52,011 nt of DNA from a bacterium (GTDB lineage: Bacteria > Patescibacteriota > Saccharimonadia > Saccharimonadales > AWTP1-31), in the NCBI GenBank assembly GCA_030426125.1, contig JAUHZB010000006.1, forward strand, positions 1 to 52,011. The letters run 5' to 3'. Positions 1 to 10,521 of this stretch are shown here, piece after piece. Position numbers and translations under genes: made by a program. The first letter of the stretch is position 1, and every line of letters begins with the position of its first letter. The notes below the pieces were generated by a model that did no database searches, was not told the DNA's origin, and worked only from the letters and a program-made list of their open reading frames with translations.

Positions 1-93
1 TTCTCTTAAAGTTATGTTATATTGTTATGCTTATCTGTTTGTATTGTAACATGTAGCTACTCATAAACGGGAGCAACTTCAGCTATACGCAGA

Positions 94-1377
94 TCATTTG
101 TCAGTTAGGGCTTCTACACCTGGTAATTTATTGCCAGACATAAGATCAAGACTAGCCCCACCGCCTGACGATACGTGATCAAAAGAGGAAACCAAACCTT
201 CGTTTTCGATGTAGCCGACCGTATCACCGCCACCTACCAGCGTATATGGCCTGTTGCCAAACTTACCAAGCAATGCATCTACTAATGTATCTGTGCCGTG
301 AGCAAAAGGCCCAACAGGACCTTGCAAGGAATCAACTTCTGTAACTCCCATGGCGCCGTTCCAGACTACTGTTCTGCTTAGCTGAGTTACTCCGGCAACA
401 AAGGCTCCACTAAACGGACCAATATCGAGAATCATTTCGTTGTCAGCAATTTCTGAAAAAGATTTTGCCGGTTTCTTGGGATAGCTTTCTACTTCAGCTA
501 TCACGTGAGCATCCCAGTCAACTATTCTTGTACTAGCAGTCTTATCCATCTTAGTGGCTACTACGCCGTCTTGGGGTATGTAGAATATAAAGCCGCGTTT
601 TTTGTTCTCAGCTTTGGCCTTTTCAATAATCTGCCTAGCGAAAGGAACGTCATCTTTGTCTACTAAGCTTTTACCCATTTTTATCCCCTTAGCACTAAGG
701 AATGTATTAGCCATAGCCCCACCGACTACCAACACATCAGCTAGTTTTATAAAGCGATTTAACACAGCAATTTTATCAGCTATTTTAGCCCCACCGACCA
801 CGGCCATCATCGGACGCTGTGGTTTATCCATGACCGCCTCAATAGTAGTAACTTCTTTGGCCAACAATAGGCCGGCTAAACTGGTAAGGTGTTTAGTAAC
901 AGCATCCGTTGAGGCGTGAGCCCTGTGAACCACACCAAACCCATCCTGAACAAAAACATCCCCGTAGCTAGCTAGTTGTTTAGCGAACTCTTTATCATTG
1001 GCCTTTTCCTGCTTGTAGTAGCGCAAGTTTTCCAGCAACATCACTTCACCAGGCTTCAGCTGATCGACTTGCTGTTTGGTATCCTCACCAATACAGTCAT
1101 CGACGAATTTAACTTCCTGGTCTAGTAATTTGCCGAGACGCTTGGCTACTGGACGCAGGCTAAATCGCTGATCTTTGTTAGCCTCCGGTCGGCCAAGATG
1201 CGATATTATTACTACCGCGCATTTTTGCTTTAACAGATATTCAATGGTTGGCAGTGACTGTTCAATCCGGTAATCATCGGTGATTTTACCGTTTTCTACA
1301 GGCACGTTATAGTCAGCTCTGAGTAATACTTTTTTTCCTTTTAGGTTATAGTCTTTTATTGTCTTTTTGCTAAACAT
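94..1377 (-). CDS. pgk: phosphoglycerate kinase
   Basis: Motifs RADYNVP, SHLGRP, LLENLRY, DGFGVVHRAHAS, GGAKIADK, VGGGDT, SSGGGASL. Confidence 0.98.
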   Translation of the reverse strand: MFSKKTIKDYNLKGKKVLLRADYNVPVENGKITDDYRIEQSLPTIEYLLKQKCAVVIISHLGRPEANKDQRFSLRPVAKRLGKLLDQEVKFVDDCIGEDTKQQVDQLKPGEVMLLENLRYYKQEKANDKEFAKQLASYGDVFVQDGFGVVHRAHASTDAVTKHLTSLAGLLLAKEVTTIEAVMDKPQRPMMAVVGGAKIADKIAVLNRFIKLADVLVVGGAMANTFLSAKGIKMGKSLVDKDDVPFARQIIEKAKAENKKRGFIFYIPQDGVVATKMDKTASTRIVDWDAHVIAEVESYPKKPAKSFSEIADNEMILDIGPFSGAFVAGVTQLSRTVVWNGAMGVTEVDSLQGPVGPFAHGTDTLVDALLGKFGNRPYTLVGGGDTVGYIENEGLVSSFDHVSSGGGASLDLMSGNKLPGVEALTDK

Positions 1378-1404
1378 TTGCCACCCGCTTTTATTTAAAT
1401 AAAG

Positions 1405-2838
1405 TTAAAGAACTCGTACCTTTATTGTATCAGTAGTACCGACGACTCCTGGGTACTTACCAGAAACAGTCACCACAATATCGTGTTTTTTGAGCACCTT
1501 GTTACTATGCAACCAGTTGGTAAGTTTAGTAGCCGCTAATTTATCTGCCGGACGGTTGTAGCTTTTAACACCGTATACTACTGCCAATTGCTGAGCAGTA
1601 TGACTATTTGCGGTAACCGCAATTAGTGGGATATCTGAGCGACCAGCAGCTATCTGTAGCGCCGTATTACCGCTCTGGGTTTCAGCCACTATAGCTCGAG
1701 CATCTAGGTCGTTAGCCAACTTAATAACTACGTCACAAATTGCTGAGCTTAGAGGAGTTTCAGGGTTTAGGTTGTCGAAACTAACCGATACTGGATTTTC
1801 CCGCTGAACATGCAAAATGACCCGCTTCATAATCTCTACTGATTGAATGGGATATTTTCCACTAGCAGTCTCGTCGCTTAGCATCACACAGTCAGCCCCT
1901 AGCACTACTGCTGTAGCAATGTCCGATACTTCGGCTCTAGTCGGTTCTGGTACTTCGGTCATGCTGGCGAGCATCTGGGTAGCCACAATAGACGGAGTGT
2001 CATACTTTATGCCCAGCCCAATAATTTTTCTTTGCATTACCGGCACTGATTCTGGCTGAGTCTCAATAGCTAAATCTCCCCTAGCGACCATCACCATGTC
2101 GGCCTCTTCAATAATACCCTCGACATTCTCCACCGCTGACTTAGTCTCGATCTTAGCAATTACCTTAGCCTTGCTACCTAGGCTTTTAAGAATATTTCGG
2201 ATCTTTGTAATGTCTGAGGAATGTTGTACAAAACTTAGAGCAACGTAATCTAAATCCATATCCACGCCAGCGGTAATATCGCTACGGTCTTTTTTGGTAA
2301 TAATATCGCCCTTAAAATCGGTATCCGGTAGGTTGATGCCTTTTCTTTTTACTAATACTCCATCGTTTTGAGCTCTAACGTGCACAACCCCGTCTTTAAC
2401 AGAAGTAATAACAGTCCTAATTCGACCGTCGAATAACAGTAACTGTTCGCCTCTTTTTACCTTTTTGGAAATATCGTACTGCAGAGGTATGATGTCATCT
2501 CGTAGGTAGTCGGCGCCTTTTTTAAAGCGAAAGCTTTGCCCAGTTCGAATATTAATAATACCGTCAAAGTCACCAACTCTAATTTTTGGACCTTGCAAGT
2601 CCTGAATTATAGCTACTGGCTTTCCATATTCTTTACTGGCTTTTCTAATCCATTTAACAAACTTTGCATGGCTTTGATGATCACCATGGCTAAAGTTTAG
2701 TCTAAAGCCATTGGCGCCTGCCTTTAGCATCGCTAGCACCGACTTATAGCTATCGGTTGATGGCCCAACAGTTACTATGATCTTGGTTCGCTTAAAATCT
2801 TTAATCGGCACATTTGGCGTGCGTCCAGTTATATCCAT
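1405..2838 (-). CDS. pyk: pyruvate kinase
   Basis: Motifs RTKIIVTVGP, RLNFSHG, DLQGPKIR, AKIE, MVARGDL, ATQML, PTRAEVSD, MLSDETASGKYP. Confidence 0.98.
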   Translation of the reverse strand: MDITGRTPNVPIKDFKRTKIIVTVGPSTDSYKSVLAMLKAGANGFRLNFSHGDHQSHAKFVKWIRKASKEYGKPVAIIQDLQGPKIRVGDFDGIINIRTGQSFRFKKGADYLRDDIIPLQYDISKKVKRGEQLLLFDGRIRTVITSVKDGVVHVRAQNDGVLVKRKGINLPDTDFKGDIITKKDRSDITAGVDMDLDYVALSFVQHSSDITKIRNILKSLGSKAKVIAKIETKSAVENVEGIIEEADMVMVARGDLAIETQPESVPVMQRKIIGLGIKYDTPSIVATQMLASMTEVPEPTRAEVSDIATAVVLGADCVMLSDETASGKYPIQSVEIMKRVILHVQRENPVSVSFDNLNPETPLSSAICDVVIKLANDLDARAIVAETQSGNTALQIAAGRSDIPLIAVTANSHTAQQLAVVYGVKSYNRPADKLAATKLTNWLHSNKVLKKHDIVVTVSGKYPGVVGTTDTIKVRVL

Positions 2839-2959
2839 ATCATATATATTCTAAATGATTATGCTTAGATTAACCAACTCTAAATGACCAACCAGCACTA
2901 TCAGCAATATGCGCTGAACAACATCGCCGCTAAACTATCGACCGCCAGATCCTTAGGCT

Positions 2960-4111
2960 TTAGCTTTTTTTGGGCTTTTTAGCTGCCTTTTTCGAGTTTG
3001 GAGTTGGAGGTTGTAAACCGAACATTTCACTTAGCAAGGCACCAAGACCAAATATTCCAGATAATACTACTACAAAGAAACCGATAATTGGCAGAACACT
3101 AAGTACAACAAGTAGTAAAGCACCGACTAACATTACTAGCATCTGTGATTGACCCTTGCTCCAGACTTTTCTACCGATTGAGTAGGCAAATGTTGGGCCA
3201 GACAACATTAACAGCACTAACCAGGCCAGTATGCCTAGAATTGCTAGTGGAATACCAACTACAGTTGCAAGTAACACACCAATAAGAACCGGGCCTAGGA
3301 ATATTCCAGCCAGACCAATAAGGAAGGTTTTGCCAGGATTAATTGCAATCCGACTATCTGTCGCTGAAAACAACCCTGGGAATAGCAAGACTAATACTAA
3401 GGCTAATATGGTCACCGCGAATAGCAGGTAAAGAACACCTATTGGCATAAATGCATTATTTACGTCTTTGTTTACTTCCGGTTGCAATCTGGTAATTTCG
3501 CCGTTAACCTCTGCTCGGTCTTGACGATCTAAGTCATTAGCACTAGTAAACTCAATGTCTCCGCCGACTCTTGCATCGGAGGTAAGTCTAAGATTCTCGA
3601 CATCACCGTTAATATTTCGTTTAACTTCACTGCTAAGCGTTACATTCTGACCAGCTACGGCTAAGTCTCTGCCGATAGGGCCATTTAGACTAATATCCTG
3701 TCCAGCAAGAAGAGCGTCCTGCTCGACTTTGGTCTGACTGTCGATTGTAAGGCTTTGACCAACAGCTCCAACCTTTTCAAGCATTGGGCTATCTATATTA
3801 ACCGTTTGACCAGCTAGCTTAACACTGCCCTCAACCTCCCCGGAGACGCGCAGCGTTTGGGCAGCGCAGAAAATATCGCCATTTACTGTACCCGACACTG
3901 AAACATTCATTCCGGCGCAATATACATCACCGTTAACTGTTCCAGCAATATCTATATTTCGACCAGCAGTAAACAATACTGAGTCAACCGTTTCGCCCTT
4001 AGCTACCGTTATATTGTCTCCCGATCGCACCGACTCAGCTAAACCACTGGCTGACACAAATATAAGTGAGCCGATAACCAGCAGTCCGGCTATTAATAAA
4101 TTCTTTCGCAC
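2960..4111 (-). CDS. membrane protein with N-terminal beta-helix (polymer-forming cytoskeletal/bactofilin-like) repeats and C-terminal multi-TM domain
   Basis: Repeated 'I.GTVNGDV..AG' units followed by about 5 hydrophobic helices; start moved to GTG at 4111, preceded by a GGAGGG SD. Confidence 0.75.
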   Translation of the reverse strand: MRKNLLIAGLLVIGSLIFVSASGLAESVRSGDNITVAKGETVDSVLFTAGRNIDIAGTVNGDVYCAGMNVSVSGTVNGDIFCAAQTLRVSGEVEGSVKLAGQTVNIDSPMLEKVGAVGQSLTIDSQTKVEQDALLAGQDISLNGPIGRDLAVAGQNVTLSSEVKRNINGDVENLRLTSDARVGGDIEFTSANDLDRQDRAEVNGEITRLQPEVNKDVNNAFMPIGVLYLLFAVTILALVLVLLFPGLFSATDSRIAINPGKTFLIGLAGIFLGPVLIGVLLATVVGIPLAILGILAWLVLLMLSGPTFAYSIGRKVWSKGQSQMLVMLVGALLLVVLSVLPIIGFFVVVLSGIFGLGALLSEMFGLQPPTPNSKKAAKKPKKS

Positions 4112-4244
4112 GAAAACCCTCCACGTTTTATTACTAAATATACTAAAATTATACACCATCGAATGCAGCCAGTCGAAAAGGATAAAAATCATACTAAGAA
4201 ACATATTCATAGCTATATATACACTTACCTGATAATATTAAACT

Positions 4245-4553
4245 ATGGATGTAAATAGAGGCATTGAAGTTGGGCTAGAAAATATCCCGAGAACGAAAGT
4301 AGACCGCCTTGAAGAATTAACCGAAACACGGTGGCAAGAGCTGGCAAACTGCGTTGAATCCGATCCAAATATATTTTTTCCAGAAAATAAAAAAGATGAT
4401 AGAGAAGCTAAAGAAATTTGTAAACAGTGTGATGTTCGTACCGAATGCTTAGAATTTTCTTTACAAACCAATCAGGAGGTTGGTATTTGGGGTGGCAAAA
4501 ATGAGGATGAGAGACGTAGAATGCGTAGGCAACTAAGGGTCAGTGGTATTTAA
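4245..4553 (+). CDS. whiB: WhiB family Fe-S transcriptional regulator
   Basis: Four Cys (C..DPNIFFP..ICKQCDVRTEC), GIWGG turn, basic C-terminus. Confidence 0.92.
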   Translation: MDVNRGIEVGLENIPRTKVDRLEELTETRWQELANCVESDPNIFFPENKKDDREAKEICKQCDVRTECLEFSLQTNQEVGIWGGKNEDERRRMRRQLRVSGI

Positions 4554-4626
4554 TCGCTATTTATTTTCATATGAGTTCAATTCACGAAGTGTTCTTCTGC
4601 GCTATGCGACAATTATGAAATATTGA

Positions 4627-5034
4627 TTAATCTAATGCATATGCTGTGATCAAGAATTCACCATCAGTTTTTTCGATGCTTATTGAGAGTAATTTAGATT
4701 TTTCACTAACTTCCTCGATAAATTCCTGAGTTGTAATATAGCTATTTCCAGACTGATAGGTTTGAACTACCCCTGGTTGAAGATTAAGTTCATCAATTAT
4801 CTCTAACTCTTCACTAAAATCAGATAAAGGTTTCGCGTCCTGTAAAGCCTTAGGTAGCTGTTGATGTGCCTCTTTAATGTTATCTTCAGCTATTAATGAA
4901 CTAAACTCGATACTTTTTGAAAGGGCTTGTTCTCGGTCCTTATTAGTGAAATATCTATTTAGGTACCAACCAGCAGCAAACATTCCTACTAGTATTGATA
5001 TTGTGACTATTATGTATATTGTTTTTTTTAGCAT
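4627..5034 (-). CDS. hypothetical protein with N-terminal membrane anchor
   Basis: 135-aa ORF with a hydrophobic N-terminal helix; follows 5064..6884 on the same strand. Confidence 0.7.
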   Translation of the reverse strand: MLKKTIYIIVTISILVGMFAAGWYLNRYFTNKDREQALSKSIEFSSLIAEDNIKEAHQQLPKALQDAKPLSDFSEELEIIDELNLQPGVVQTYQSGNSYITTQEFIEEVSEKSKLLSISIEKTDGEFLITAYALD

Positions 5035-5063
5035 TTGTTAGCTCTCTTTCATTAATTATTATG

Positions 5064-6884
5064 TTATTCATTACGGATTCGATGAATTCTTTTAATCTTA
5101 TTGGGAGGATCAAATGTATATACAGAAATAGTTGGGATATCTCTCATGTAGTCTGACTTTGAAATAATGTCTTGGAAAGTCCATTTAATGTATAACCACC
5201 TTGATCTGGCTGCTACGGAAAAATACGCTATGTTGCAATGACCTTTTGATATACGCTTATCAAAAGACCATCCGGGTGTAAAGCCATTATTTTCGCCAGC
5301 CCGGAGAAGTTGACATTTCCCAACTCTCACAGTCTTACGTAATTGATCTGACTTTGCCTGTAGTGTAGCATTCGCTAACCATCTCTGTTGTGCTTGTACC
5401 GTGTTATTATGAGCATTCATTTTTTGCTGCAAAGCTTCTAGTAAATCGTTGCCTCTTTGAGCATAGAAAAATGCACAATCTTTCTGTCCATTTGCTACCA
5501 TTTCGCGATCTAATCTTGCTTTATTCTGAACATAGTAAACATCGTTTGCATGGGCAGTTGGCTTCCATACAGGACAACCTTTAATTGATTGCGATGCAAC
5601 ATCTCTAACGTTCCTAAAAGCATTATTTATTCTTTGCTTCGATGAGGCGTATGCTAACCAAAATTTATGACAGTCAGCAGGATACTTTTTTCCTTGATTG
5701 TTTACACCATTCTTGTATTGATTCATTCCGGCGTCACCGGAAGCTGTAGGGCAAGCATCATTACCAATAACACCATCAGATCCTGAAATTGCTACTGCTG
5801 TTTGTATTGGCTTGGAATTTGTACTGGGTTTATTCTTATTCATGGCATAGCCAATCCACTTCTCGTGACAAGATTTTGGATATTTCTTACCTTGGTTATT
5901 TACACCATTCTTGTATTGATTTAAGCCAGCGTCACCGGCAGCTGTTGGACAAGCATCATTACCGATTTTATCATTTGCGCTACTACTAGGTGCAGTCGTT
6001 GTTTGCTTAGCCGCATCCTGGTGTTTCTTTATTTGTTCTTGTTGAGTTTTAGCTGTTTCCTGTTTCTGTTGTTCTGTTTGTTGCTGGTTGATTGTTTTTT
6101 CTAGGTTTTCTCTTTGAATCTTACACCTATCACTAATAAAATTGGCCTCAATTGAACAATCATATGGATTAGGAGTAGTTACTGTTTTATCACCCTCTTT
6201 GTTAACAACTTGGTAATTTGGCTTATAGGCGTAGAAAGCTACGTACGGTGCCAGGTCATCCTTCTTCCAGCCGTTAGCTTTGCCTTTATCTTGGGCTAGT
6301 ACTCTTAATACCCATGCTCCATCGGTCGAGAAAATCGGCTGAGTATGATTTCCAGCCCTGGTCAATCGATAAACTGGCACCGTACCACCCGGCCTGGTGT
6401 CTTTAGTCCAAGCGTAAAATGCTACCCCTCCACTTTTTACCTTGCCTTTGTACTTGGCTTCTTTAGTGCTCTTCTGCTTCGGTGTAACCCAATCGTGATA
6501 GGTAGCTTCGGCGTTATGGACACGAGTTATGGGGACTGCTTTTTTGTAAGCATGCGCTGGTGCTCTAAATACTGTTCCATAATATACCCCCCACCCTCTA
6601 GAGCCTAAGTCCTTAGGTTCTGAGCCACGCGAGAGAATAGTGTCAGTACTACTTGCAACCTGATCTACATCACATATAGGAACGCCATCTTGTTTTTGAC
6701 AGTTATTAGGTGCTGCCTGACTGAAAACTAGAACACTAGCGCCAACTACGGATATAGCTAGTATTACTAATAAGCTTAGTAAAGGTTTCCTTTTGCTAAC
6801 CAGCAAGAAACTGAGTTTTTTGTTTTTTGCTTGGTTTACCCCACTTCGGGAACCTTGTTTGTTGTTTTGTTTTGTTTTTGGCAT
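5064..6884 (-). CDS. large secreted/surface protein with duplicated Cys-containing repeat
   Basis: Basic N-terminus MPKTK, hydrophobic segment ending FSQAA, Gln-rich linker, two IGNDACP..GDAG.NQYKNGVNNQGKKYP..CH..W repeats. Confidence 0.8.
   Translation of the reverse strand: MPKTKQNNKQGSRSGVNQAKNKKLSFLLVSKRKPLLSLLVILAISVVGASVLVFSQAAPNNCQKQDGVPICDVDQVASSTDTILSRGSEPKDLGSRGWGVYYGTVFRAPAHAYKKAVPITRVHNAEATYHDWVTPKQKSTKEAKYKGKVKSGGVAFYAWTKDTRPGGTVPVYRLTRAGNHTQPIFSTDGAWVLRVLAQDKGKANGWKKDDLAPYVAFYAYKPNYQVVNKEGDKTVTTPNPYDCSIEANFISDRCKIQRENLEKTINQQQTEQQKQETAKTQQEQIKKHQDAAKQTTTAPSSSANDKIGNDACPTAAGDAGLNQYKNGVNNQGKKYPKSCHEKWIGYAMNKNKPSTNSKPIQTAVAISGSDGVIGNDACPTASGDAGMNQYKNGVNNQGKKYPADCHKFWLAYASSKQRINNAFRNVRDVASQSIKGCPVWKPTAHANDVYYVQNKARLDREMVANGQKDCAFFYAQRGNDLLEALQQKMNAHNNTVQAQQRWLANATLQAKSDQLRKTVRVGKCQLLRAGENNGFTPGWSFDKRISKGHCNIAYFSVAARSRWLYIKWTFQDIISKSDYMRDIPTISVYTFDPPNKIKRIHRIRNE
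5681..5963 (-). repeat. intragenic direct repeat, 2 copies of about 85 nt, 198 nt apart
   Basis: 5681-5765 and 5879-5963 share e.g. tttacaccattcttgtattgatt, gcgtcaccgg and caagcatcattacc. Confidence 0.9.
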
Positions 6885-6980
6885 TATTTATTTTGCCTTT
6901 GTTTAATTGATTATGCTTAGGATTGTATTAGCATGTAATGCTAATGTCAAATAACACAACAATTTAATTTATTATCATCT

Positions 6981-8471
6981 TTATAGTGCAAGACTAAATT
7001 CAAGTACTTGAGTGTCTTGTCCTTGACTAGCCGACAGAGTATATCCCTTAGAATTAATTACGTAGCTCTGCCCGCTCCTACTAGCTTGGATAAACGGCCT
7101 AGCGTTTCTAACCGCTTGAAATACTGCCATTCTTTTGGCTAGTAAATGGTAATTACTTTCAGATTTAAGCAAGGATAATGACGCTGGGTTTAATAATATA
7201 TCTGCACCATTATCTACAAGCTGTTTGTAGCTAGCGGTAGTAATAACCCCACTGCATGGCAGTGCACCATAACTGATACTTTTATCCTCAAAATTTCTTA
7301 TTGGTGTATTGCCTGGTTCTAGCTTGTATGAATATTTATAGAGATCATTGTATTCTTGCTTTCCGATCAAGCTAAACAAACTTGAAGTTACATAAGGCAA
7401 ATATTCGCCACCTGGTACCAATCTGCGCTTGGCTACTGAATATACCTCCGTTCCGGTTTTGTCGATAAATACTAAAATATTTTGTGCATCGGGGGATTTA
7501 CCTTCTAGTTTGGTAGTCACTATTAGACCCCTATCACTTAATTTGCCTAGCACCTGCTGGTATCTATTGTTCTGTTGAAGCTCGGAATACTCAGGCAGGA
7601 CTAATAAATCTATGTCCTTAGGCAATGAATCAACATTGGCTGGATTAGCCATAGTATCCTGTTCATTTAAATGGATGGCTGCCATATTAATCTTGCTTAA
7701 TCCGGAGGTTTGCTTGTTTAGATCAATACCATAACCTAGCCCAACAACCAACAAGAATATGGCAAATAATGTGCCGGCGAATATATACTGCTTTCTTATA
7801 GCAACTAAATATACTGCTAAGGCGCCGAAACAGACAATCAGACTTAGCCCGTAAAAGCCGAGTAGGCGTGAAGAAAATACCATCGACGTACTACTAGCAA
7901 TACTGCAGATCCCAGCAAAATTGTTCTGGTACCCAATACTACCACCTGGACCATAGCTAATTACCGAAAAGAACCAACCATTGACTATCTCGCAGGCGAC
8001 CCATAAAAAAGGAAAAGCCAGCAACCTGTAGTCTGGCTTCTTTATCCAAAAACCCATAAGTGGCAACAACATAAACCCGAGTGATGTAAACATACTGGTT
8101 ATCATCCAAGCACTTACTACTGCATATGAAGAAAACCAACCTGATACTAGGAACTGCCAGTTAGCAGGCTCAATACTTAAGAAAAATGAGTAAGCGAACA
8201 AGCTAATAACCAGTCCGCTTAGATAGAAATCAAGAAGTGCCCTCTTTTTATTTACCTTATATATATTGTGAAGATAGTAAATAAAAGGAAGTAGTCCGAC
8301 CAGTATCGACCATTCCAGCCCTGGAACTATAAAATTCAACCCAATGACTAAACTCCCCCCATATAACAGATAGCTTTGAAGGTGAGTGCAACCAACAAAC
8401 ATCTTCAATCCAATTTGGAGCCTAGAACCTATTGTATTTAGTCTATCCATATTGTCGGTATTGTATATCAC
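6981..8471 (-). CDS. apolipoprotein N-acyltransferase (Lnt)-like protein, nitrilase/CN-hydrolase fold, copy 2
   Basis: Multi-TM N-half; catalytic triad E (LVLPEY), K (KRRLVPGGEYLP), C (ALPCSG); C-terminal ASRSGQSYVINSKG. Start codon uncertain. Confidence 0.85.
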   Translation of the reverse strand: MIYNTDNMDRLNTIGSRLQIGLKMFVGCTHLQSYLLYGGSLVIGLNFIVPGLEWSILVGLLPFIYYLHNIYKVNKKRALLDFYLSGLVISLFAYSFFLSIEPANWQFLVSGWFSSYAVVSAWMITSMFTSLGFMLLPLMGFWIKKPDYRLLAFPFLWVACEIVNGWFFSVISYGPGGSIGYQNNFAGICSIASSTSMVFSSRLLGFYGLSLIVCFGALAVYLVAIRKQYIFAGTLFAIFLLVVGLGYGIDLNKQTSGLSKINMAAIHLNEQDTMANPANVDSLPKDIDLLVLPEYSELQQNNRYQQVLGKLSDRGLIVTTKLEGKSPDAQNILVFIDKTGTEVYSVAKRRLVPGGEYLPYVTSSLFSLIGKQEYNDLYKYSYKLEPGNTPIRNFEDKSISYGALPCSGVITTASYKQLVDNGADILLNPASLSLLKSESNYHLLAKRMAVFQAVRNARPFIQASRSGQSYVINSKGYTLSASQGQDTQVLEFSLAL

Positions 8472-8559
8472 CCATTGAAAGTACTACAAATAGCTAATGT
8501 TTCATTAATGTGGTACAATAGTTGCAATAATTCGTATTAAATAGTATAATATAGTTATT

Positions 8560-8868
8560 ATGTCAATCTACACAATGTCGTGCGAACAGCATACTGAACA
8601 TCGCATCCATAGCGATGATACTACTCTAGTTGTCGTTCAACCCCCTATCGATCCTGAAAATGTCGTCACGCACCCAGAATATGGCGAAGGCACAGCTTAC
8701 ATAACTGCGAAATGCCCGGGATCAAATGATGAGATATTGCAAAGAATCGTAGAATCACAAGTTATGTTTGAAGTACTAAAAGTTACTGAAGTAGACATTC
8801 AATTCATCCATCTTGATAAAATCATTGACTTCCCAAAGATAGAAGTTGGGCAGCACCAAGTAAATTAA
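8560..8868 (+). CDS. hypothetical protein
   Basis: 102-aa ORF with a TATAAT -10 box just upstream; no recognisable motif. Confidence 0.55.
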   Translation: MSIYTMSCEQHTEHRIHSDDTTLVVVQPPIDPENVVTHPEYGEGTAYITAKCPGSNDEILQRIVESQVMFEVLKVTEVDIQFIHLDKIIDFPKIEVGQHQVN

Positions 8869-8934
8869 TCTAGATTGATTTCTGTGAAGAATATAATAGG
8901 TGAAGCTCACTTGCCTTCGAATAAAATTAGCAGA

Positions 8935-9753
8935 TCAGTAATTTAACGTATAGTCAACGACTTCCCAGGAATTGTTTTGCTTATTGAAATAAAGCAAACC
9001 ATAGAAATCTTGATCTGAATAGTTGGCTGTGTAGCTAATGGTTCCTTGATCTGGGTTGCTCGACTTCCATGTATCTCTTTTGATATTTATCGTGGCTTCA
9101 GGGGGCACAACACTAGTATCAGTCGCAATGTACTGATTATTATAAATACCTTCACTTTCGATCGATTTTATAGCCGTACAAACGCCTTGAGGCATATTCT
9201 CAACCCCACAATGTTTTGACTTGGTGGCCGACGGGGAACTTGAGTTGTTATTATTCTTTGGCCCATCCGATGACTTATTCTGAGTCTGAGAAAGTCCACT
9301 ATTGTCATTATTATTTGCCTCTTCGGACAATGGCGCCTTATTCGAGTCAACTTTTTCAGTTAACTCATTTGTTTCGGACGAAACTGAGCCGGAATCTTCC
9401 GAGTTACGATCTTTTAAAGCCATCCCTGCAACAATTAAGACTACAGCTAGCAATATAGCAACGAAAATAATAAGCATGCGTTTGCGTAATTTTTGACGCT
9501 TTTGATTTTTTTCAACGCTTGTTGCGGATATTATCGGTTGCTGAGATACATCAACAGATGGTTGATTATTCTTTGAGTCAACTAGATGACTATTATTAAT
9601 ATTATCTGGAGGTTGTTCAGGATTATTAGGCATGGGACTATTTGCTGTAGGTGCGCTCTGATTATTCGCTAAATTTTGCCCCAAGCTTGATTCAACACCC
9701 GGAGATATCGTATGATCAGTGTCTTTTGGACTAAAGTTTTCAGAATTACTCAT
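8935..9753 (-). CDS. single-pass membrane protein with disordered N/P/S-rich regions
   Basis: Low-complexity N-terminus, one TM (MLIIFVAILLAVVLIVAGMAL), C-terminal domain with 2 Cys. Confidence 0.75.
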   Translation of the reverse strand: MSNSENFSPKDTDHTISPGVESSLGQNLANNQSAPTANSPMPNNPEQPPDNINNSHLVDSKNNQPSVDVSQQPIISATSVEKNQKRQKLRKRMLIIFVAILLAVVLIVAGMALKDRNSEDSGSVSSETNELTEKVDSNKAPLSEEANNNDNSGLSQTQNKSSDGPKNNNNSSSPSATKSKHCGVENMPQGVCTAIKSIESEGIYNNQYIATDTSVVPPEATINIKRDTWKSSNPDQGTISYTANYSDQDFYGLLYFNKQNNSWEVVDYTLNY

Positions 9754-9798
9754 ACGGCAATACTGTTACCTTTATCTACAAGATACCGGCTTACGTGT

Positions 9799-10440
9799 TT
9801 ACTTACCACCGCCAGATGGAGCTGGTGCTTGAGGAGCCTGTTCTTCAGCCCACAATGAACTGACATTGACTAGTGCACTGCTGCCATTCTGCTGCTGGGC
9901 ATCAATAATTAACGATGGATAGCTATTTGACGGAGCATTTGATTTGGCTTGTTGAAAACCACTACATATAGTTTCATATGAGCTTTTACTAAACTTTAAT
10001 GTTGCTTTAGAAATGCCAACTGCTTCTATGATAGCCTTTCCTTTTCCTTTTACACTTGCACAGGTTCGATATAAATAATTCTTCTTTACAACAAAAGCAC
10101 TAGCCGTGTCATACCCACCCTGGACAGCGGCCGATGCATAGCCAGCTCCTGAAGGACATGCTAAAACCGCAACTTTAGTATTATTTTTTGAAGCATCAGA
10201 AACAGCTTTTGCTGAACATGGTGAGTTAGCTGTTAGCCTCATCTGCCCATTAGCAATGGTAGCTGAACCCAGACTTGTGGCAGCAAAACTTTGGTAAGTA
10301 AAATAAGTACCAACCCCAGTCAATACTAGTACTGTTATAATCAAACTTTTTTTTCGAATAGAAAGCGAATTAAATCTACTGATCAGGCTTTTTTTAGTCT
10401 TACTAGTGGCACTTTTTGTGACTTTTTTAGTTTTTGGCAT
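9799..10440 (-). CDS. secreted protein (MPKTK N-terminus, QSFAA signal end)
   Basis: Basic N-terminus, hydrophobic helix, AxA-type site, 4 Cys in the mature part. Confidence 0.8.
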   Translation of the reverse strand: MPKTKKVTKSATSKTKKSLISRFNSLSIRKKSLIITVLVLTGVGTYFTYQSFAATSLGSATIANGQMRLTANSPCSAKAVSDASKNNTKVAVLACPSGAGYASAAVQGGYDTASAFVVKKNYLYRTCASVKGKGKAIIEAVGISKATLKFSKSSYETICSGFQQAKSNAPSNSYPSLIIDAQQQNGSSALVNVSSLWAEEQAPQAPAPSGGGK

Positions 10441-10521
10441 AGTGAGTTTTTTCCTTTTTTGTTATATTAGTTACATTGTAACGCATATGGTTATTATATC
10501 AAATATCAGATTACGCAAGAC

